A stretch of 64,000 nt of DNA, taken from an uncultured Clostridia bacterium. Lineage in GTDB: Bacteria > Bacillota > Clostridia > Christensenellales > JAWKQI01. The notes beneath the pieces are model-generated. The model made no database searches. It was not told the origin of the DNA and saw only the letters and a program-made list of their open reading frames with translations. The position numbers and the translations under genes are program-made. The stretch's first letter is position 1; each line of letters starts with the position of its first letter. Below, one piece after another: positions 48,861 to 58,536 of this stretch. The stretch spans positions 25,583-89,582 of the forward strand of contig CAYVRJ010000002.1 in NCBI GenBank assembly GCA_964453645.1, read 5' to 3'.

Positions 48861-48889
48861 TTAATTAGAAACTAGTTGAGGTGGTAGAC

Positions 48890-49105
48890 ATGTCTCAGAT
48901 ACGCGAAAAAATGAATGAGTTAATAAACAGTCTCAATGAAGATCGATTATTAATGTTATATAGTTATGGAAGTTTTTTAAAAGAATCAGATATTCCCGAA
49001 CTCTATATGTCTGGAGAAGAGCATGCATATCATGAATTTATTTTGGAGAACGACGAGAGATATTCCTTGAATGATATTGAATCTGCATTGAGAATAGATC
49101 AATGA
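48890..49105 (+). CDS. Putative antitoxin (family not recognised)
   Basis: 71 aa, acidic. GAGGTGG RBS. ATGA overlap with the RelE/ParE toxin gene. Confidence 0.5.
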   Translation: MSQIREKMNELINSLNEDRLLMLYSYGSFLKESDIPELYMSGEEHAYHEFILENDERYSLNDIESALRIDQ

Positions 49106-49335
49106 ATATTGAAGTCTCAAAGACAGCTAAAAAATTTCTAGAAAAGCTAAATCAGACTCAGCAGAGTAGAATCATTAAAGCGTTGTACAAATTACCTGAC
49201 GGGGATATTAAAAGTATTAAAGGTGGTAAGGTTACAAAATTCAGACTGCGAGTAGGTGACTTTAGAATTATTTATGTTATTTGTAACGATGTAATTATTG
49301 TTACCGATATGGATAACCGTGGAGATATCTACTAA
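49102..49335 (+). CDS. RelE/ParE-family type II toxin
   Basis: 77 aa. The A.KFL.KL.......I.KAL..L, FRLRVGDFRIIY and I.V..I..RGDIY patterns are typical of this family. Confidence 0.8.
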   Translation: MNIEVSKTAKKFLEKLNQTQQSRIIKALYKLPDGDIKSIKGGKVTKFRLRVGDFRIIYVICNDVIIVTDMDNRGDIY

Positions 49336-52300
49336 TGTTTACACATTTGCATGTACACACCGAATATAGTTTGCTGGACGGAAGCGCACGGATTAGTGAG
49401 CTCGTTTTGCGGACCAAAGAATTGGGCATGGACAGCGTTGCCATCACAGATCATGGGGTGATGTACGGATGTATTGAGTTTTACACGGCTGCAAAAAATG
49501 CAGGCATTAAACCCATCATTGGATGCGAGATGTACGTTTGTTCCAATATGTTGGAAAAGTCGTATCAGGCAAAGGAATATGCCCATTTAATACTGCTGTG
49601 CAAGGACAACACGGGTTATCAAAATCTGTTGCACCTCCTGTCGGCTGGGTACACGGAAGGGTTTTATTATAAACCAAGAATCGATTACAATCTGCTGGAA
49701 AAGCACAGTCAAGGGCTGATTTGCTTATCCGCCTGTTTGGCGGGGGATATTCCCCAACTTATTTTGGAGGACAAGCTGGAGAGTGCACGGGAATTATCGC
49801 GCAGATTAAAGTCTATTTTTAATGAAGACTTTTATTTTGAAATACAAGATAGCGGTATTCCTGAACAAAAAATCGTAAACCAAACGTTGATAGAATTTGC
49901 CCAAGAGTTAGACATTCCATTGGTTGCAACCAACGATGTACACTATATCAACAGCGAAGATGCAACGGCACAAGATGTACTCATGTGCATCCAAATGGGC
50001 AGATATTTGGACGAAACGGATAGAATGCGGTTTGATACACAGGACTTTTACTTAAAGAGTGAAGAGGAAATGCAAAGGAGTTTCTCCCATTGCAAAGAAG
50101 CACTGGAGAACACACAGGTCATAGCCAACAAATGTAATGTGGAATTCGACTTTTCAACAATACACTTGCCTTCCTTCACGGCCCCCGTGGGTAAAACAAA
50201 TTTTGAATATTTAAACGAACTGTGCACAGAAGGTTTAAAACAGCGATACGAAAAAGTAACAGAGGAACTCAAACAGCGACTGAACTTTGAACTTTCGGTC
50301 ATTGAAAAGATGGGTTTTACCGACTACTTCTTGATCGTCCACGACTTTGTGGACTTTGCAAAGAGAAACGGCATAGCAGTTGGGCCGGGCAGGGGCAGCG
50401 CTGCCGGAAGCCTGTGCTCGTATGTGCTGAGAATAACTGATTTGGACCCCATTCAGTACAAGCTCTTGTTCGAACGATTCTTAAACCCGGAGCGCATATC
50501 CATGCCCGATATCGACATCGACTTTTGTATGGAGCGAAGGGGAGAGGTCATCAGTTATGTGGTTGAAAAATATGGAGCTGACCACGTCTCCCAAATTATC
50601 ACCTTTGGCACCTTGGGGGCGAAACAGGTAATAAGGGATGTAGCACGGGTGATGCGGGTTCCCCCGGCAGAAGCGGACAAAATTGCCAAGATGATACCCT
50701 TTGCACTGAAAATGACCATCGATCGGGCAATGGAGCAAAGTTCCAAGCTCAGGCAAGAGTACGAAACCAATGAGACAGTGCGGGAAGTCATCGATATCGG
50801 CAAGAGGCTGGAAGGGCTGCCCAGACATGCGTCTGTACACGCTGCGGGTATTGTGATTACAAAAAAGCCTGTGTACGAATACGTACCCCTGCAAATCAGC
50901 ACCAAGGACATGAGTGTAATGACCCAATACCCCATGGGGGATTTGGAACAGTTGGGTCTGTTAAAGATGGACTTTTTGGGGTTGAGAAATTTAACAGTGA
51001 TCCAGCACACACAAAAGATGATTGAACAAAACTACGGTGTGGTCATCGATCTACAAAAGTTAGATTTTAATGATGAAAAGGTTTACGAACTGATTGCCTC
51101 GGGGGATACCGAAGGAATCTTTCAGCTTGAAAGCCCGGGAATGCGTTCGCTGATGACACAACTCATGCCCAAAAACTTAAACGATATTATGGTGGGTATT
51201 TCCCTGTTTCGTCCAGGGCCAATGGATTCCATACCGGCATTTATTGAATGCAGGCGAAATCCACAGAAAGTAGAATACCTAACGCCCAAACTAAAGCCAA
51301 TTTTGGAAGAGACCTTTGGAGCCATCGTCTATCAAGAACAGGTTATGGAAATCGTACGGGATCTGGCGGGTTATTCCCTGGGAAGAAGCGACTTGGTGCG
51401 GCGAGCCATGGCTAAGAAGAAGGCAAGCGTGATGGAGGCGGAGCGGGGTAACTTTGTGCAGGGTGCTATGGCCAACGGCATTGAGGGGCATATTGCAGAG
51501 AGAATATTCAATCAAATGATTGACTTTGCAGCATACGCCTTTAATAAATCCCACGCCTGCTGTTATGGTGCCATTGCATATTACACTGCATTTTTTAAGC
51601 AGTACTACCCTGTAGAATTTTTAACAGCACTGCTCAACAGTTATATCACCTTTGCCGACAGAGTCTCCTCCTATATGCAATATGCTAAGAAGAGGGGAAT
51701 CGGCATTCTTCCCCCCAGTATCAACCACTCTATGGCTGAGTTTTCAGTAGAAAACGGTGCCATTCGGTTTGGGCTGCTCTCCATTAGAGACGTTGGGGAA
51801 AAGGCAGTTGCCGAAATCATTGAGGAGCGAAGGAAGGGGGGGTTCACTTCCTTTGAAGATTTTATCAATCGATCGGGGGGGCATGTGAACAAGCGTATGT
51901 TAGAAGCTCTCATCCTCTCGGGTTGCTTTGATGATTTTGGACACAACAGATCGGTTCTGATGGCTGTATATGAAAACATTTTAGATGTGGCTCAGAAGAA
52001 CAAGAAAAATGCTGCCAGCGGACAAGTGAGCATGTTTGATGTAAGCGACATGGGGTATGACCAACGGGTGGATTACCCAAATAAGCCTGAATATGCCCTA
52101 AAACATCTTCTTTCCCATGAAAAGCGTGTGACGGGGATATACTTATCGGGTCATCCCTTGGATGAAATAAAGGTGCAGTCCGATGTCACCGTGAAGGCCA
52201 TTCTAGATTCGTTGGAACACCCAGCGGAGCGGGAGTATTTCGAAAGCCGGTACGTGGAGATGGTGGGTATCCTGGTGGAAGTGAAGAAGCGATCCACTCG

Positions 52301-52730
52301 GTTAAAAAAGATGATGGCACGGGTGCTGTTTGAAGATTTGACGGGAACCATAGAAATGATGGTGTTTCCCAAGGTGTTCACAGCCTGTGAAGATCAGCTT
52401 ATAAAAGATGCCGTCGTGCGGGTGCGGGGTAAAGTGGATATTTCAGATGATGAAGCAACCCTCATTTTAGATGCCATCGAGCCATACTCATCCAGCGAAA
52501 GCCTCTTTGAAGGAAAAAAACTCTATATCAAACTGTGCGAAGGGTGCGGAGGGATCGATGGATTAAAGGAGATTACGAAAAATCATCCGGGAATATCGTC
52601 GTATGTCGTATACGACACTGCGAACAGCAGCAAGTTCAGGGTGGGGGGCAGCAACTCCATTCGGTTGTCCGATGAATTGATGGAGGAGCTGTATTTGAAA
52701 TATGGGAGAGACAACGTTGTACTGAAATAA
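49335..52730 (+). CDS. dnaE: DNA polymerase III alpha subunit (DnaE type)
   Basis: PHP domain (FTHLHVHTEYSLLDG), polymerase core and OB fold. 1131 aa. Confidence 0.95.
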   Translation: MFTHLHVHTEYSLLDGSARISELVLRTKELGMDSVAITDHGVMYGCIEFYTAAKNAGIKPIIGCEMYVCSNMLEKSYQAKEYAHLILLCKDNTGYQNLLHLLSAGYTEGFYYKPRIDYNLLEKHSQGLICLSACLAGDIPQLILEDKLESARELSRRLKSIFNEDFYFEIQDSGIPEQKIVNQTLIEFAQELDIPLVATNDVHYINSEDATAQDVLMCIQMGRYLDETDRMRFDTQDFYLKSEEEMQRSFSHCKEALENTQVIANKCNVEFDFSTIHLPSFTAPVGKTNFEYLNELCTEGLKQRYEKVTEELKQRLNFELSVIEKMGFTDYFLIVHDFVDFAKRNGIAVGPGRGSAAGSLCSYVLRITDLDPIQYKLLFERFLNPERISMPDIDIDFCMERRGEVISYVVEKYGADHVSQIITFGTLGAKQVIRDVARVMRVPPAEADKIAKMIPFALKMTIDRAMEQSSKLRQEYETNETVREVIDIGKRLEGLPRHASVHAAGIVITKKPVYEYVPLQISTKDMSVMTQYPMGDLEQLGLLKMDFLGLRNLTVIQHTQKMIEQNYGVVIDLQKLDFNDEKVYELIASGDTEGIFQLESPGMRSLMTQLMPKNLNDIMVGISLFRPGPMDSIPAFIECRRNPQKVEYLTPKLKPILEETFGAIVYQEQVMEIVRDLAGYSLGRSDLVRRAMAKKKASVMEAERGNFVQGAMANGIEGHIAERIFNQMIDFAAYAFNKSHACCYGAIAYYTAFFKQYYPVEFLTALLNSYITFADRVSSYMQYAKKRGIGILPPSINHSMAEFSVENGAIRFGLLSIRDVGEKAVAEIIEERRKGGFTSFEDFINRSGGHVNKRMLEALILSGCFDDFGHNRSVLMAVYENILDVAQKNKKNAASGQVSMFDVSDMGYDQRVDYPNKPEYALKHLLSHEKRVTGIYLSGHPLDEIKVQSDVTVKAILDSLEHPAEREYFESRYVEMVGILVEVKKRSTRLKKMMARVLFEDLTGTIEMMVFPKVFTACEDQLIKDAVVRVRGKVDISDDEATLILDAIEPYSSSESLFEGKKLYIKLCEGCGGIDGLKEITKNHPGISSYVVYDTANSSKFRVGGSNSIRLSDELMEELYLKYGRDNVVLK

Positions 52731-52796
52731 AAATGATTGCTAAGTCCAAGTAGTATATGTTAGAATTAAACCAAATCGTTTTGAGGTGAGGGTTTC

Positions 52797-53024
52797 ATGG
52801 AAGAGTTTATGGGAACCAACGGGGATTGCGTTGTGATCAAAGCATTAAACGACGGTGTCAGCGTGATCGGCATCACCAGGGGCAGAGACACAAAGCTGCA
52901 CCACACGGAAAAGTTGGACAGCGGCGAGGTGCTCATCGCACAGTTCACGCAAGTTACCTCCGCCATCAAAATTAAAGGCAAGGCGACAGTGCTGACCAAA
53001 TACGGTGAAATCACATCGGGTTAA
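52797..53024 (+). CDS. mtrB: trp RNA-binding attenuation protein (TRAP) homologue
   Basis: 75 aa. VVIKAL.DGV.VIG.TRG.DT..HH.EKLD.GEVLIAQFT..TSAIK..GKA matches my memory of B. subtilis MtrB over nearly its full length. GAGGTGAGGG RBS. Confidence 0.8.
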   Translation: MEEFMGTNGDCVVIKALNDGVSVIGITRGRDTKLHHTEKLDSGEVLIAQFTQVTSAIKIKGKATVLTKYGEITSG

Positions 53025-53067
53025 ATATATATTGTGAACAATTACTTTTGAAGAGAGGTTTTGAAGT

Positions 53068-54033
53068 ATGAAAATCAAACGTATTGGAATTTTAACCAGC
53101 GGAGGCGATACGCCGGGCATGAACGCAGCAATCAGTTCCATTGTAAAGTGTGGTCTTTCACGGGATATGATTGTCATGGGTGTACAGAAGGGTTATGCAG
53201 GGCTGATGGAGGGCAGAATCGTTGAGATGCGGGATGAGGATGTTTCAGGCATCGTCACAACGGGGGGAACCATCTTAAAAACAGCTCGTTCCCACGAGTT
53301 TAAAACCGAAGAAGGTATGCAAAGGGCACTGGATGCCATCCATGCATTTGACATCGACGGCATGGTGGTCATTGGCGGTGATGGAAGTTACAAGGGTGCA
53401 CAGGATCTGTGCCGGTTGGGCGTGCCCACCATTGGACTGCCCGGAACCATCGACAACGACTTGGCATATACCGATTATACCATCGGGTTTGATACTGCTG
53501 TAAACACCGTGTCCACCGAAATTGCAAGGATTCGGGATACTATGATTTCCCACGAGAGAGTGGGGGTTATTGAAGTTATGGGCAACAGATGTGGTGATAT
53601 CGCGCTGTTCTCGGGTGTTGCCGGAGGTGCGGAACACATCATCGTACCCGAAGTGCCTTTTGATATCGATGAAATTTGTGCCATGCTCAAACGGGATAGG
53701 ATTAAAGGAAAAACCACCAGCATTGTTGTCATTGCTGAAGGTGCAGGTAAAGGCGAACCTTTGGCTGCCTATATGCGCCAAGCTACCGGCTTGGATGTCA
53801 AGGCGATTGTGCTTGGGTACATCCAGCGGGGTGGAAACCCCTCCCCCTACGACAGAGTGTTGGCCACAAAGATGGGTGCACACGCTGTCAAACTCTTATC
53901 AGAAGGTATTGGCAACCGGGTAGTGGGCATTCGAGACGACAAGATCATGGATATGGACATTGAAACAGCCCTTAAGATGGATCCCGTTTTCAACGAAGAT
54001 TTGTTTGAATTATCTAAAGTGTTGGGGAGATAG
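53068..54033 (+). CDS. pfkA: ATP-dependent 6-phosphofructokinase
   Basis: GILTSGGD.PGMNAAI, GGDGS and PGTIDND motifs. Confidence 0.95.
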   Translation: MKIKRIGILTSGGDTPGMNAAISSIVKCGLSRDMIVMGVQKGYAGLMEGRIVEMRDEDVSGIVTTGGTILKTARSHEFKTEEGMQRALDAIHAFDIDGMVVIGGDGSYKGAQDLCRLGVPTIGLPGTIDNDLAYTDYTIGFDTAVNTVSTEIARIRDTMISHERVGVIEVMGNRCGDIALFSGVAGGAEHIIVPEVPFDIDEICAMLKRDRIKGKTTSIVVIAEGAGKGEPLAAYMRQATGLDVKAIVLGYIQRGGNPSPYDRVLATKMGAHAVKLLSEGIGNRVVGIRDDKIMDMDIETALKMDPVFNEDLFELSKVLGR

Positions 54034-54038
54034 TGTTT

Positions 54039-54440
54039 ATGGCAGTAAGTGAGGTCAAGATACGGGTTCGCTATAACGAAACGGGTAAGATGGGTTTTGT
54101 GCACCACTCCAACTACTTCAACTGGTTTGATTTGGCACAGGAAAAACTCATCGACGATGCGGGATACGACTACACAAAAGTGGAGGCCAAGGGGTTAAAG
54201 TTTATTCCCATTTCCCAGAACATCAACTATTATGCCCCCGCATACTACAGGGATGAACTGACAATCCGCATCTCTGTCAAAGAGATTAAGGGTATTAAAA
54301 TGTCCTTTGCCTATGAAATACTTCGTCAGTCCGACGAAAAAATCATAGCAAAGGGTGAGTCGGCTCACATTTTGATGGACAGCGATTTACGGCCTGCCAT
54401 CATCAAAAGGGAGCTGCCCGAACTATTTGAAAGACTTTAG
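54039..54440 (+). CDS. Acyl-CoA thioesterase (4HBT/YbgC-like hotdog fold)
   Basis: The VRY.ETG.MG.VHHSNY pattern. The ATG at 54039 is better spaced from GGGGAGA than the GTG at 54033. Confidence 0.75.
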   Translation: MAVSEVKIRVRYNETGKMGFVHHSNYFNWFDLAQEKLIDDAGYDYTKVEAKGLKFIPISQNINYYAPAYYRDELTIRISVKEIKGIKMSFAYEILRQSDEKIIAKGESAHILMDSDLRPAIIKRELPELFERL

Positions 54441-54582
54441 AGGAATTCACAGAAAAAACATATATTTTATTAATTTTTGCGGAATTGATTGAATATTTCT
54501 GTAATATGATATAAAATGCAGTGTTAACATGTGAAGGTCGACAATCTTTCACCAAACATTTATTTTCCCGGGAGGAAGAACA

Positions 54583-54933
54583 ATGAATCCATCGATTACA
54601 AACGGTTTAGGCACCATTTCCTACAACGAATCCACCATTGCAAACATTGCAGGGTTGATTGCAGTTGAGTGCTACGGCATTGTGGGCATGGCTTCCAAAA
54701 AGGTTTCGGACGGGATCGTTCAACTGCTGAACCTGAACAATTTTGACAAGGGGATCAAAGTGACTTTTAAGGGTAGTTCCGTTTCGCTGCAATTGTTTAT
54801 TGTTGTGGAGTACGGCGTGTCCTTAGCTGCTGTTGCTAACAACGTCATCGATACCATCAAGTATAAGCTGGAAAAAATGACCGGCCTTACTGTTGATAAA
54901 GTGGATGTGATTGTCAGCGATATCAGAGTCTAA
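54583..54933 (+). CDS. Asp23/Gls24-family protein (YloU-like)
   Basis: 116 aa. Family-like IA.IAG.A..ECYG and the conserved position before the DAK2 gene. Confidence 0.85.
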   Translation: MNPSITNGLGTISYNESTIANIAGLIAVECYGIVGMASKKVSDGIVQLLNLNNFDKGIKVTFKGSSVSLQLFIVVEYGVSLAAVANNVIDTIKYKLEKMTGLTVDKVDVIVSDIRV

Positions 54934-54948
54934 TACGGAGGACTGAAC

Positions 54949-56553
54949 GTGGATCAACTATATATAACCGGGCCTATGTTAAAGGATATGATGCTCAATG
55001 CAGCAGCGTATCTGGAAAAAAACAAATCAGGTCTGGATGCACTTAACGTGTTCCCTGTGCCCGACGGCGATACCGGAACCAACATGTCCCTCACCATGAT
55101 GTCTGCTGCAAAGGAGCTGATGGAGAGTGGAGCGGAAACGGTTTGTGATGTTGCCAACGCAATCGCACTGGGTGCACTCAAAGGTGCCAGGGGTAATTCG
55201 GGTGTGATTCTCTCCCAGATTTTCAGGGGATTTGCCAAGGGGCTGGAAGGCATTGTGGATACTATGGATGCAGTCCAGTTTGCAAATGCAATCGATGGGG
55301 GAAGCAAGAGTGCGTATAAAGCGGTGATGAAACCCAAAGAGGGTACTATTTTAACCATTGCCCGGGCTATGGGTGAATGTGCACTGGAGCAAGCAGAAGA
55401 AGGGGCAGATGTATTAAACCTGCTCGACAACCTCTTGCTCCATGCAGAGGAAACCCTGCGCAAGACCCCAGAGATGCTTCCGGTTTTAAAAGAAGCGGGA
55501 GTGGTGGACGCAGGTGGCAAAGGCCTCCTCATTATTTACCGTGCGTTTAAGATGAGCTTAGATGGAGACGATGTGGATTACGATTTTGAAGATATCGTTC
55601 CCAGTGGCAATGCCATGATTCTCAACGAAGATATTGAGTTTGGGTACTGTACGGAATTTTTTATAAAAAATATACATGATCATATCACCCAAGACCATAT
55701 CGAACGTTTGAGAGAAAAGCTCACGACCTTGGGGGACTGTGTGCTGGTGGTGGGGGATCTAAACCTAATCAAGGTACACGTTCACACCAATATGCCGGGA
55801 AAGGCACTGCAAATAGCCCTGCGGTTTGGCATGCTGTCGGGTATTAAGATCGACAACATGCGGGAACAGCACAACGAAGGCCACACCATTCCGCAAAAGG
55901 AATTGGCCATCATTGCCGTTGCCTACGGAGATGGAATTAAAGCCATTTTTAAAGATTTTTCTGTGGATTATATCGTGGAAGGCGGTCAGACCATGAACCC
56001 CTCGGCAGAGGATATTGCCCGGGCCATCGTTTCTGCCAATGCACACAACGCCATCATTCTGCCCAACAACAAAAACATTATACTAGCAGCGGAACAGGCA
56101 GGGGATTTGGTGGATTGCAACGTGATGGTGGTGCACGCCACTTCCATTCCCCAGGGAATTGCTGCAACCCTCAAATTTAACCCAGACTTATCTCCCGAAG
56201 AGAACTTTAACCGCATGAACAATGCTGTCTCGGATGTGAAATCGGGTCAGATCACCAAGGCAGTGCGCATTGCCAAAGTGAACGGCCACAACATATCCGA
56301 GGGGGATTATATCGGACTGTTCGACGGAGAGATCGTCGTACACGGCAAGAGTAAGAAAAAAACAGCCATTGCTCTGTTAAAGGAGATGGTGACGGAGGAC
56401 GACTGTGTGATCACTGCATTTTACGGCAGTGACGTGAGTGAAGAAAACGCCAATGAGTTATTAAATAAAATAACGGATGAATTCCCGGGGTGTGATGTAG
56501 ACGTACAGCTTGGCGGTCAGCCGGTGTATGAATATATTTTCTCGGTTGAGTAG
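54949..56553 (+). CDS. DAK2-domain fusion protein (YloV-like)
   Basis: N-terminal Dak2 phosphatase-like domain (VPDGDTGTNM) and a DegV-like C-terminal region. GTG start after GGAGG. Confidence 0.85.
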   Translation: MDQLYITGPMLKDMMLNAAAYLEKNKSGLDALNVFPVPDGDTGTNMSLTMMSAAKELMESGAETVCDVANAIALGALKGARGNSGVILSQIFRGFAKGLEGIVDTMDAVQFANAIDGGSKSAYKAVMKPKEGTILTIARAMGECALEQAEEGADVLNLLDNLLLHAEETLRKTPEMLPVLKEAGVVDAGGKGLLIIYRAFKMSLDGDDVDYDFEDIVPSGNAMILNEDIEFGYCTEFFIKNIHDHITQDHIERLREKLTTLGDCVLVVGDLNLIKVHVHTNMPGKALQIALRFGMLSGIKIDNMREQHNEGHTIPQKELAIIAVAYGDGIKAIFKDFSVDYIVEGGQTMNPSAEDIARAIVSANAHNAIILPNNKNIILAAEQAGDLVDCNVMVVHATSIPQGIAATLKFNPDLSPEENFNRMNNAVSDVKSGQITKAVRIAKVNGHNISEGDYIGLFDGEIVVHGKSKKKTAIALLKEMVTEDDCVITAFYGSDVSEENANELLNKITDEFPGCDVDVQLGGQPVYEYIFSVE

Positions 56554-56565
56554 GGGGATTTTACC

Positions 56566-57438
56566 TTGAACAGCATGACCGGATTCGGCAGGGGGGAAGC
56601 CGAAAGGGATGGAAGAAAACTCTGTATTGAATTAAAATCTGTGAATCATAGATATTTAGATATTAATATCCGCATTCCAAGAATTTTAATGTTTTTAGAG
56701 GACTATCTTCGCTCCATGATTAAGGAAAAGGTGAGCAGGGGGCGTCTTGACGTCTTTGTCAACTTTTTTTCTACTGCTGAAGAGGACAAGCACATCGTCG
56801 CAGACATGGGGTTGATCAATGCCTATCTTTCTGTTTTTAAGGAAATAGAGGGCAGTACTGGCCTTGCCAACGACATTGCCATTAGCCATTTACTTCGCTT
56901 AAACGATTGTATTGTGCAAGAGGAGAATGAATTAAACGAAGAGGAGCTCAAGGCTCTCTTAACTGCTGCTGCGAATACTGCTCTTGAAAATTTAATGAAT
57001 ATGCGGCAGAGCGAAGGTAATAATCTGGTGCAAGACATTGCCATGCGATTAAAGACAATACTGAACATGAATGAGGAAATTTCCGCAAAGGAAGAGAGTA
57101 TCGTTGCTCAGATCAAGGAAAAGCTACTCAAGCGCATTGGTGAGCTAACCGAAATATCCGTGGACGAAGTGCGCATCGCCCAAGAGGTTGTTTTCTATGC
57201 GGATAAGCAAAATATCACCGAAGAGGTTGTGCGGGTGCGAAACCACGTTGCAGAGTTTGACAAACTGCTCAAAAAGAATGTACCAGCTGGACGACAGATG
57301 GATTTTATGGTTCAAGAGTTAAACCGTGAGTTTAACACCATTGGATCTAAGACATCGGATATCGAAATTACCAATATGGTGATTGCTGCGAAAACCGAAA
57401 TTGAAAAGATTCGGGAACAGATACAGAATATTGAATAG
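56566..57438 (+). CDS. YicC-family protein
   Basis: N-terminus [16 protein letters not shown], and C-terminus ELNRE.NTIGSK...EQIQNIE. TTG start. Confidence 0.85.
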   Translation: MNSMTGFGRGEAERDGRKLCIELKSVNHRYLDINIRIPRILMFLEDYLRSMIKEKVSRGRLDVFVNFFSTAEEDKHIVADMGLINAYLSVFKEIEGSTGLANDIAISHLLRLNDCIVQEENELNEEELKALLTAAANTALENLMNMRQSEGNNLVQDIAMRLKTILNMNEEISAKEESIVAQIKEKLLKRIGELTEISVDEVRIAQEVVFYADKQNITEEVVRVRNHVAEFDKLLKKNVPAGRQMDFMVQELNREFNTIGSKTSDIEITNMVIAAKTEIEKIREQIQNIE

Positions 57439-57449
57439 TCGGAGAACGT

Positions 57450-57698
57450 ATGAAATTAGTTAACATTGGTTTTGGTAATATTGTGATGGCCAACAGAATT
57501 ATTGCCATCATCAGCCCTGAGTCAGCACCTGTGAGAAGGATTGTTACCGATGCCAGGAGCAACAATTGCTTAATCGATGCAACTTATGGCCGAAGGACAC
57601 GGGCTGTGATCATAACCGATTCAGGTCAGGTAATCCTCTCGTCGGTTCAACCCGAGACGATGGCCAACCGACTTGAAAAAGATGAGGGAAGTGAATAA
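57450..57698 (+). CDS. remA: DUF370 / RemA-like regulator
   Basis: [11 protein letters not shown]...R..AI.SP.SAP..R matches the family. Conserved position before gmk. Confidence 0.8.
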   Translation: MKLVNIGFGNIVMANRIIAIISPESAPVRRIVTDARSNNCLIDATYGRRTRAVIITDSGQVILSSVQPETMANRLEKDEGSE

Positions 57699-57718
57699 AT
57701 TATTGTGAGGTTTTATAT

Positions 57719-58327
57719 ATGAAAGGCACGCTATTGGTAATCTCCGGTCCCGCAGGAGCGGGAAAGGGTACGGTAATTGAAGAACTGTTGGGAACAAACA
57801 AAGATTTGTCCCTGAGTGTTTCTGTTACTACCCGCAAACCCCGTTCGGGAGAAGCAAACGGAGTCAACTATTTTTTTGTGGATAAGGACGAATTTCAAAA
57901 GATGATAGATAACGGAGAATTGCTGGAATATGCTTTTGTACACGGCAATTACTACGGAACACCCTTGAGTTATGTAAACGAAAAGCTTAAAGGCGGAGAT
58001 GTGATCTTGGAAATAGATGTGCAGGGGGCAAAGGCAATCAAAAAGATGGTGCCCCAATGTGCGACCATATTCATTGCTCCTCCCAGCCAGGGAGAACTTG
58101 AGAAACGGCTTCGGGGCAGAAATACCGAAGAAGAAGATGAAATTCAGCGCAGGCTGAAAACCGCAAGGGGAGAGATTGAACAGATTTATAACTATGATTA
58201 TGTAGTGGTCAACGACAGTATTGAACAGTGCGCCACCCGCATTATGGAGATTGTCAGAACCAGAAAATATAAAGTGAAGCACAATTTGAGTGCAATTAAA
58301 AGATTATTGGAAGGTGGAGAGTTTTAA
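57719..58327 (+). CDS. gmk: Guanylate kinase
   Basis: P-loop SGPAGAGKGT and TTR.PR.GE..G..Y.F. Confidence 0.95.
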   Translation: MKGTLLVISGPAGAGKGTVIEELLGTNKDLSLSVSVTTRKPRSGEANGVNYFFVDKDEFQKMIDNGELLEYAFVHGNYYGTPLSYVNEKLKGGDVILEIDVQGAKAIKKMVPQCATIFIAPPSQGELEKRLRGRNTEEEDEIQRRLKTARGEIEQIYNYDYVVVNDSIEQCATRIMEIVRTRKYKVKHNLSAIKRLLEGGEF

Positions 58328-58329
58328 GA

Positions 58330-58536
58330 ATGATCAATGTAAACATGGAAGAAGCGTTGTCTAAGGCGGATTGCCGGTTCACACTGGTTGTGGAGTGTGC
58401 CAAGCGTGCACGCCAGATTGTGGAGGGTTCCCTCCCTTTAACCGACGATGAATCGTCCAACCCCGTTTCACAGGCTGTTAAAGAAGTGATGCAAGACAAA
58501 ATCACATATATACGCCACAGCGATGGAATAAAATAA
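58330..58536 (+). CDS. rpoZ: DNA-directed RNA polymerase omega subunit
   Basis: 68 aa. The R.TLVV..AKRARQI pattern and the conserved gmk-rpoZ order. Confidence 0.85.
   Translation: MINVNMEEALSKADCRFTLVVECAKRARQIVEGSLPLTDDESSNPVSQAVKEVMQDKITYIRHSDGIK

Noticed and set aside
52731-53067. TRAP-binding (G/U)AG repeat arrays flanking mtrB or pfkA
   Set aside because: Only scattered AAG, TAG and GAG triplets with irregular spacing are present. Nothing approaches the 9-11 regularly spaced repeats of known TRAP sites.
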